Positions 1 to 5,274 of a stretch of 11,847 bases of DNA are shown here, piece by piece (the stretch's first letter is position 1; each line of letters opens with the position of its first letter). The notes under the pieces are model-generated. The model had not been told where the DNA came from and searched no databases. It saw nothing but the letters and a program-made list of their open reading frames with translations. Both the position numbers and the translations under genes were made by a program. The stretch lies in NCBI GenBank assembly GCA_041489155.1, contig JBGPQP010000020.1, forward strand, positions 1 to 11,847, written 5' to 3'. The stretch comes from Candidatus Aenigmatarchaeota archaeon. GTDB lineage: Archaea > Aenigmatarchaeota > Aenigmatarchaeia > QMZP01 > QMZT01.

Positions 1-348
1 AAAAACCATTCACATATAAATCTGAGGCTTCTTTTAGTCTGTCCAAAACCCATATATTAAGTGAAATTTTATTGATTTTAGGAATGTCTCTTATGTTTTT
101 TTATTGATTTTAGGAATGTCTCTTATGTTTTTTATTTTTTCTCCGTCTTCTTTAACGACATTTATTGTCCAAATAGATTTTTTCCAATCTTCAATAATTT
201 CTTTTTTACTATTTTCATTTAACTCATTTATATTTTCCGGTATTTTTTCCGGTATTTTGTTCCAATAAAAATATTCATCTCCCGCGAATTCTTTACCAAA
301 CCATTTATGTCGTTTTTTTATCTTTTTTGAATTTTCATTATGTCTCAT
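1..348 (-). pseudogene. AT-rich hypothetical gene frameshifted by a 32-bp tandem duplication; runs off the window start
   Basis: ORF 91..348 ends ...KNIRDIPKINKKT*. A second minus-strand frame reads KNIRDIPKINKISLNIWVLDRLKEASDLYVNGF with no stop to position 1. The frames join at the duplication 71-133. Confidence 0.6.
71..133. repeat. Tandem duplication, period 32 bp (ATTGATTTTAGGAATGTCTCTTATG + T7/T6)
   Basis: Copies at 71-102 and 103-133, identical except for the length of the final T run. Confidence 0.95.
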
Positions 349-522
349 ATTTCAGAATTCGAACTTTGCCTTAAAAGTCATGTTTAAACACAAAAATCCC
401 CGTTTAGGGCCCTTATATGTCAGCTACTCCAATATATATCATACAATTAGGATAACGGTTAGGAGAATAATGTGAACATCGGAATTGAAAGGTCGCCAGG
501 AAAGTTTATTCTCAATCGTATC

Positions 523-633
523 ATGCAAAATCTGTGCACCGTGTGCGGCAAGGATTCGACCAACGCGGTCCAGATATATCCGTCGCAAGCTTGGGAATAT
601 TACTGCAGGGAATGTTACGATAAGAGGAAATAG
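523..633 (+). CDS. Small zinc-finger protein (CxxC-x19-CxxC), 36 aa; alternative GTG start at 472 (53 aa)
   Basis: Manual translation MQNLCTVCGKDSTNAVQIYPSQAWEYYCRECYDKRK*. The in-frame GTG at 472 is preceded by AGGAGA (461-466). A hairpin plus T-tract follows the stop. Confidence 0.7.
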   Translation: MQNLCTVCGKDSTNAVQIYPSQAWEYYCRECYDKRK

Positions 634-649
634 TCGAACCAATATCTGA

Positions 650-672
650 GCGGGAAAGACCCGTTTTTCTTC
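650..672 (+). terminator. Putative terminator downstream of the zinc-finger ORF
   Basis: GCGGG-AAAGA-CCCGT hairpin followed by TTTTCTT, between convergent genes and nested in an ATCTGAG...CTCAGAT inverted repeat (644-691). Confidence 0.45.
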
Positions 673-718
673 GGTATCGGATAACTCAGATTCAAGTCCG
701 CCGGTTTTTGCGTGGCCC

Positions 719-1456
719 TTAGCGCGGAAGCTTGAGGTCGCGCTTATCGATTATTAGATACCGCTTCCCTTTGAAGTCAAGGTTTTCTAACCTAAGGCCT
801 CCGATTGCCACGCGCCTCAGCGAAACCACGCTGTTACCTAGCACCTCGAACATCTTCTTCACCTGGCGCTTCCTGCCTTCATTGATTCCTATTTCAACCC
901 GCCTTTCATCAAGCCTTTTGATCGCGATGGCCTTTACGAAAAACGCCTTATCCGTGTCGTCGTCCTCGATTTCGACTCCGCGCTGCAGCGCCGTTATGTC
1001 ATCATCGCTGACAGGGGCGGCGGTCCCGACGGAATACGTCTTCAGGACCCGGTTCCCGCTTTTCGTGAGCAGCTTCTCCAGCTGGCCGTCGTTCGTCACT
1101 ATTAACAGGCCTTCAGTGTCTCTGTCCAGCCTGCCGACGCAGAAAAGACCCGCCCGCGTCTTCGGGTCGATTTCTTCCATGGACGCTATAACGTCATATA
1201 CCGATTTTTCCTTGTCCGTCTTCTGGCAGACCATGCCGGCTTCCTTGTTCAAAATCATATAAACGAATGGCTTCACCTCGAGCGGATGCCCGTCGAGTTT
1301 CACGGCAGCATGCGCCTTTACCGAATGGCCCGGGTTCGTGGCCTTCGCTCCGTCGACGGTCACGCGGCCGTCGAGGACGGCCTGTTCCGCCGCGGACGAG
1401 CGTTCGAAATCGCCGGAGCGCATGAGCAGCGATAGCAAACGAAGTTTTTTAGACAT
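719..1456 (-). CDS. RsuA/RluB/E/F-family rRNA pseudouridine synthase with N-terminal S4 domain
   Basis: Catalytic motif VGRLDRDTEGLL; S4-like N-terminus (GRVTVDG); YMILNK; EGRKRQVKKMF and LRRVAIGGLRL C-terminal motifs. Confidence 0.93.
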   Translation of the reverse strand: MSKKLRLLSLLMRSGDFERSSAAEQAVLDGRVTVDGAKATNPGHSVKAHAAVKLDGHPLEVKPFVYMILNKEAGMVCQKTDKEKSVYDVIASMEEIDPKTRAGLFCVGRLDRDTEGLLIVTNDGQLEKLLTKSGNRVLKTYSVGTAAPVSDDDITALQRGVEIEDDDTDKAFFVKAIAIKRLDERRVEIGINEGRKRQVKKMFEVLGNSVVSLRRVAIGGLRLENLDFKGKRYLIIDKRDLKLPR

Positions 1457-1531
1457 AATGAGTAAATGAAATTCTCGGATTTTTATTTATGGTTCCCATA
1501 ATAATACCGGAAGGATTGAGGTTGTTGGTTT

Positions 1532-1996
1532 ATGAAAAGATCCGCAAACATCAAGGCGCAGTCCGCGATGGAATATCTGATGTCGTATGGCTGGGCCATC
1601 CTGGTTCTGGTGATAATGGGGGCGGCGTTTTATGCCCTGGGTCTGTTCAATCCAACGACATTTGCAGGCCGCACGGTGACGGGCTTTCAGGTGCTGGGAA
1701 CCCCGCTTGACTGGGAACTGACGAGCGCTGACGGCAAGATGACGCTAAACCTTGTAAACGGCAGGTTTTCAACGCCAGTGACCATATACCAAATAACAGC
1801 CACGATAAACGGGCAGGGCGCCTCATACGACACGGGCAATCTGGTAATCGAGCCGGGCGCCTCCAGCACGGTAACGTTCCCGATGGCGCAGGCGCTGCCG
1901 AAAGGGTCAACCTATTCTGTCAAGGTCGCGATAGTGTACAATTCAGGCGGGCTCAACCACACGGACATGGGAACCGTGACCGGCTTGGTGAACTAG
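1532..1996 (+). CDS. Class III signal peptide (archaeal type IV pilin-like) protein
   Basis: Basic N-terminus, KA/QSAMEYLMSYGWAILVLVIMGAAF with Glu at +5 and a hydrophobic helix, then a beta-rich Ser/Thr/Gly domain. Confidence 0.85.
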   Translation: MKRSANIKAQSAMEYLMSYGWAILVLVIMGAAFYALGLFNPTTFAGRTVTGFQVLGTPLDWELTSADGKMTLNLVNGRFSTPVTIYQITATINGQGASYDTGNLVIEPGASSTVTFPMAQALPKGSTYSVKVAIVYNSGGLNHTDMGTVTGLVN

Positions 1997-2044
1997 AGAA
2001 AATTATTTCACAATCTCTTTTTGATTTAACTCTTTATTCGGTTA

Positions 2045-2072
2045 ATATTTATATATTTAAATAAACAAATAT
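2045..2072. promoter_or_regulatory. Putative ArsR operator overlapping a TATA-like promoter
   Basis: ATATTTATATATTT|AAATAAACAAATAT: 14+14 inverted repeat with 12/14 matches directly upstream of the ArsR gene. The AT-rich context raises the chance-match risk. Confidence 0.6.
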
Positions 2073-2079
2073 GTTTCAC

Positions 2080-2337
2080 ATGGACAAGGTCATACTTTTC
2101 AGGGCGCTGTCGGATGCCACCAGGCTGAAGATACTCGAACTTCTCAGGAGCGGCGAGAGATGCGCCTGCGAGATTCCGTCGAAAGTGGGGAAATCGCAGC
2201 CCAACGTTTCGCTGCATCTCAAGATACTGAAAGACGCCGGCATACTCGCCAGCAGGAAAGACGGCAAGAAGATTCTTTATCGTGTCGCTAGGCCCGAAAT
2301 TTACAAACTAATCGAAGGGGCGAAAAAGATAAAATGA
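2080..2337 (+). CDS. arsR: ArsR/SmtB-family metalloregulatory repressor
   Basis: FRALSDATRLKILELL, ERCACEI (compare ELCVCDL of As(III)-sensing ArsR), SQPNVSLHLKILKDAGI winged HTH. Alternative start 2071. Confidence 0.92.
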   Translation: MDKVILFRALSDATRLKILELLRSGERCACEIPSKVGKSQPNVSLHLKILKDAGILASRKDGKKILYRVARPEIYKLIEGAKKIK

Positions 2338-2346
2338 AGTGATTTG

Positions 2347-3459
2347 ATGGAAAACAGGAGTGCGTTTATCATTCTGGTCGTGGTTTTTCTGGCCCTTTAT
2401 TTCATGCCGGCCGGTTCCCTGCTCTTTGACGGGGCGATACTCAACGCCTTTTCGCTCCTGCACGAGTACGCGACCCAGCACGTCATAACGTGCCTTATAC
2501 CCGCGCTTTTCATAGCCGGTGCCATATCCGTCTTCATCAAAAAAGATTCGGTCATAAAATACATGGGCCCTTCCGCGAAAAAATACATGTCCTATACCAT
2601 AGCATCAGTATCGGGGGCGATACTCGCGGTGTGCTCATGCACGGTCCTTCCGCTGTTCGCCAGTATCAGGAAGCGTGGTGCGGGACTCGGACCGGCCGTG
2701 ACGTTCCTCTTCTCCGGCCCGGCGATAAACATAACTGCCATGTTCCTGACCATCAGCGTGCTCGGCTGGCAGATAGGCGCCGCCAGGATTGTTGCGTCCA
2801 TATCGCTGTCAATACTCGTCGGGCTGACCATGGCTTTCATCTTTCGGGAGAAGGCCGGGAGAGGCAAGTGGAAAATCAAGAAAAGGAAGGCCAAGCCGGA
2901 CGCCAAGGCTTTCGTTGCCGTGCTTTTCCTTTCACTCGTCGGCATACTAGTAGTCAATGGAATACAGACGGGCTTTTTCATAAAATATGCTGTCATGGCC
3001 GCGCTTGCGGTGATTGCAGTCTTCGTAGGCATTTTCGGCTTGAACAGGGAATCCTCGAAAGAATGGCTTGGAGAGACGTGGTTCTACGCCAAAAAACTTA
3101 TTCCCATGCTTTTCATCGGTGTTTTCATAGCCGGAGTCATCATGTATGTTATCCCGGAAGAATTTATCAGAAGTGTAGCCGGGCAAAACACTTTCTTGGG
3201 AAACCTTGCGGTCTCCGTATTCGGGGCTTTCATGTATTTCTCGACGCTTACAGAGATTCCGATAATGCAGGCGCTTATGACCAAGGGCATGCACGCAGGT
3301 CCTGCGTTGTCTTTGCTGTTATCTGGTCCGACCCTGAGCCTTCCCAGCATGCTGGCGATAAGGCAATTCATGGGCAACAAAAAGACGATAGCCTACGTCT
3401 TGCTGGTGATAATTTACTCCGCACTGGCCGGCTTTATTTTCGGGATGATTGCGACTTAG
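2347..3459 (+). CDS. ArsP/DUF318-family permease
   Basis: Polytopic membrane protein with LAVCSCTVLPLF, GPAVTFLFSGPAIN, YFSTLTEIPI and GPTLSLPSM motifs; 9 nt downstream of arsR. Confidence 0.88.
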   Translation: MENRSAFIILVVVFLALYFMPAGSLLFDGAILNAFSLLHEYATQHVITCLIPALFIAGAISVFIKKDSVIKYMGPSAKKYMSYTIASVSGAILAVCSCTVLPLFASIRKRGAGLGPAVTFLFSGPAINITAMFLTISVLGWQIGAARIVASISLSILVGLTMAFIFREKAGRGKWKIKKRKAKPDAKAFVAVLFLSLVGILVVNGIQTGFFIKYAVMAALAVIAVFVGIFGLNRESSKEWLGETWFYAKKLIPMLFIGVFIAGVIMYVIPEEFIRSVAGQNTFLGNLAVSVFGAFMYFSTLTEIPIMQALMTKGMHAGPALSLLLSGPTLSLPSMLAIRQFMGNKKTIAYVLLVIIYSALAGFIFGMIAT

Positions 3460-3521
3460 AACGTGAAGTGTCTTTCATTGTATTCTTTTTAAAGTGTGGC
3501 CGATGTATATCGATTTGACCC

Positions 3522-3597
3522 AAGCCCCAGGAGGGCAAAGAACTGAATTCTCAGATAAGAGGTTTCTACCTATTTATTATCAAGAAAGTTTAAAAGA
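3522..3597. repeat. 76-bp end module A (tRNA 3' copy + conserved block + 20 nt + GTTTAAAAGA)
   Basis: Aligns with 4251-4326: AAGCCC(C)AGGAGG, 23/29 identity over AGAAC...GGTTTCT, 20-nt unrelated stretch, identical GTTTAAAAGA. Confidence 0.85.
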
Positions 3598-3670
3598 GTG
3601 GTGTTTTTTAATAATTTACATGCAAAAAGGAAAGGAGGCGATGCACCCCAAAAGCAAACGAATTTCTGAC

Positions 3671-3934
3671 TTACTGTTTTTTGAAATTCCTGGCTGCATC
3701 AGCGACTTTTTTCCCTTCGTTGTCCAATACTTCTAGAACCCTTTTTTTAATATCCGCACTTGTCACTTCATTTCTGCTCTTGAAATGTTCCTCAACGTCT
3801 CTTACAGCACTGTCTGCTATTTCCGTGGACCTATTTTTGTCGATGTTTGCGTCTGCTGCTGCCCTTTCAATAGCTCTTCTAAGTTTATTACTGTCGAAGT
3901 CCTCTCGCTGGTCATCTCTTTTTATAATTTTCAT
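3671..3934 (-). CDS. Stand-alone ATP-cone domain protein
   Basis: MKIIKRDDQREDFDSNKLRRAI...VTSADIKKRVLEVL matches the ATP-cone pattern also present in NrdR and the RNR in this window; SD GGAGGT upstream. Confidence 0.88.
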   Translation of the reverse strand: MKIIKRDDQREDFDSNKLRRAIERAAADANIDKNRSTEIADSAVRDVEEHFKSRNEVTSADIKKRVLEVLDNEGKKVADAARNFKKQ

Positions 3935-4002
3935 AACAAATACCTCCAGTATTAAAGTAAGTGAAGATTAACCTGAGGGCATATAAAGTAATCTAGGAGG
4001 GG

Positions 4003-4197
4003 CTATGACGCATCAGTCCTTTTCCTGTTGGCATACCTCTCCAGCACATCCTTTTTTATGAACCAGTTCCTGCCCAGTTTGACTGCTTCAATTCTGTCTT
4101 TCCTGACAAGCTCGTAATCCAGAAACCGGGTTATGATTTCGTGATTGTTTTCGCTGGTAGAATTAAGCAGTCTTTCCTCACATCTTCCATACTCCAC
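4003..4197 (-). pseudogene. Excisionase-like (HTH_17/MerR-like) DNA-binding domain, probably N-terminally degenerate
   Basis: The C-terminal half YELVRKDRIEAVKLGRNWFIKKDVLERY fits the xis-type wing motif; the usual N-terminal 'T..EvA..L' helix is not recognisable. Confidence 0.55.
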
Positions 4198-4250
4198 GAG
4201 GACAGAAGACCCAGGACTGTGGACAATGGGGGATTTAAACCCCAGGTTGA

Positions 4251-4326
4251 AAGCCCAGGAGGACGTTAGAACCGAATTCCCATTTAGAAGGTTTCTTTGG
4301 AGTGGTTAGGACTTTGGTTTAAAAGA
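4251..4326. repeat. 76-bp end module B
   Basis: AAGCCCAGGAGGACGTTAGAACCGAATTCCCATTTAGAAGGTTTCT-N20-GTTTAAAAGA; same layout and length as 3522-3597. Confidence 0.85.
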
Positions 4327-4347
4327 TTTTGTTTGGACATGGATATG

Positions 4348-4917
4348 CTAGCTAATTGCAGGTATTACTTTCAGGCCCATGCCCTCCAGTCTTTTCTTTA
4401 ATTTTCCGAGGGCTTTGTGTATATCTTCAATGTTCCTGCCGCCCGCACATATTATTTTTCCTGATCCGAAAAGAAGGAAAACTATCCTAGGATTCCTCAT
4501 CCTGTAGACTAGTCCGGGAAATCTTTCAGGGTCGTACTCAACTTCGTTCATTTGTATTGCCATATCCTCCAGCATCAGCTTCGGTTTTGCTTCAATCTTT
4601 GTTGAGGCGACTATGTTTTCAATTATTATCGTGAATTTTTTGGGCATCGGTATTCCTGCCTTTCTTATGTCGTCCACCACCTTATTTATTGCCTCCTTTG
4701 CCATTTCTGTTGTTTTCGCTCCTGTGCACACAATCTTTCCCGTGGAGAATATGAGTGCGGAAGCTCTCGGATTGCTTATCCTATAGACCAGACCAGGGAA
4801 ACGTTCTGGATTGTATTCCGTGTTATTCATCTTTTCAACAAGTTTGTTAAGAGAAATTTTTCTGTTAAGAACTGCAAATGCCACGACGTTTTCTATCTTG
4901 ACCTGAAATTTAACCAT
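4348..4917 (-). CDS. tbp: TATA-box-binding protein (possibly an accessory paralog)
   Basis: Two TBP repeats: IENVVA...YNPERFPGLVYRISNPRASALIFSTGKIVCTGAK and IENIVAS...YDPERFPGLVYRMRNPRIVFLLFGSGKIICAGGR. ATG 4917 preferred because TTTTAATT lies 24-31 nt upstream; the ORF track starts at 4938. Confidence 0.96.
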   Translation of the reverse strand: MVKFQVKIENVVAFAVLNRKISLNKLVEKMNNTEYNPERFPGLVYRISNPRASALIFSTGKIVCTGAKTTEMAKEAINKVVDDIRKAGIPMPKKFTIIIENIVASTKIEAKPKLMLEDMAIQMNEVEYDPERFPGLVYRMRNPRIVFLLFGSGKIICAGGRNIEDIHKALGKLKKRLEGMGLKVIPAIS

Positions 4918-4955
4918 GAGAAAGTTTATCCGTAACATCTAATTAAAACAAGGTA

Positions 4956-5105
4956 AGCCCCAGGAGGGATTTGAACCCTCAACCTATCGATATCTTATGC
5001 GAATGACATGCACTGCATGCATGTCGGCATGCTGAAGTCATCAGCCGCGAAGGCTTCTTCATATCGATACAAGTCGATCGCTCTACCAGGTTGAGCTACT
5101 GAGGC
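4956..5105 (-). tRNA. tRNA-Thr(UGU) with a 76-nt intron at 37/38 (intron 4992-5067); CCA not encoded
   Basis: Minus strand: GCCTCAG TA GCTC AACCTGGTA GAGC G ATCGA CT TGT A [intron] A TCGAT AGGTT GAGGG TTCAAAT CCCTC CTGGGGC T. C32-U33-U34-G35 pairs with intron UAAG, followed by a 3-nt AU/A bulge (relaxed bulge-helix-bulge/loop). Confidence 0.95.
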
Positions 5106-5188
5106 AACGTTTCGATGGACGCAGGTGGAACCTGCGTCTGTGGCTTGTCCAGCGGATGACAATTGCTTGCGCAATTGTCGGCTTGCTG
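5003..5188 (-). repeat. Three related GAC...GTC hairpin units (tRNA intron 5003-5034; upstream 5115-5147 and 5156-5188)
   Basis: Perfect 8-9 bp stems GACATGCA/TGCATGTC, GACGCAGGT/ACCTGCGTC and GACAATTGC/GCAATTGTC, with shared flanks ATG(G)AC... and GGC(A/T)TG. Confidence 0.7.
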
Positions 5189-5274
5189 TCTGTCTGACTA
5201 ATTAACTTTTTTGCGCTTGAATGTTTAAATTAATGACTGCGACCAAATAAGAATATAATTATCAGGCGATAGGC

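Larger units (their letters stand above)
3522..4968. mobile_element. Putative integrase-less genomic islet(s) at the 3' end of tRNA-Thr
   Basis: Exact 14-bp direct repeat AAGCCCCAGGAGGG at 3522-3535 and 4955-4968 (tRNA 3' end); internal degenerate copy at 4251-4262; visibly AT-richer than flanking genes; excisionase-like remnant inside. Confidence 0.7.

Noticed and set aside
439..642. 67-aa minus-strand ORF
   Set aside because: No motif or clear start signal; it is antisense to the more convincing zinc-finger ORF.
644..691. Small ncRNA enclosed by ATCTGAG/CTCAGAT
   Set aside because: Only a 7-bp closing stem, no recognisable family or promoter; more simply a terminator region between convergent genes.
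732..1262. 176-aa plus-strand ORF
   Set aside because: Ser/Phe-rich antisense shadow of the pseudouridine synthase.
2490..3518. 342-aa alternative-frame ORF
   Set aside because: Arg/His-rich off-frame shadow of the permease, expected from GC3-rich codon usage.
3641..3736. 31-aa plus-strand ORF behind a strong-looking SD (AAAGGAGG)
   Set aside because: It overlaps the ATP-cone gene antisense, and the purine run is equally explained as that gene's pyrimidine-rich terminator on the minus strand.
3990..4002. AATCTAGGAGGGG as another att copy
   Set aside because: Only a 7-bp AGGAGGG core matches and there is no adjoining module; within chance.
3522..4326. Modules A and B as CRISPR repeat-spacer units (20-nt variable segment)
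   Set aside because: Only two copies, 729 bp apart and separated by genes; no regular array and no cas genes in the window.
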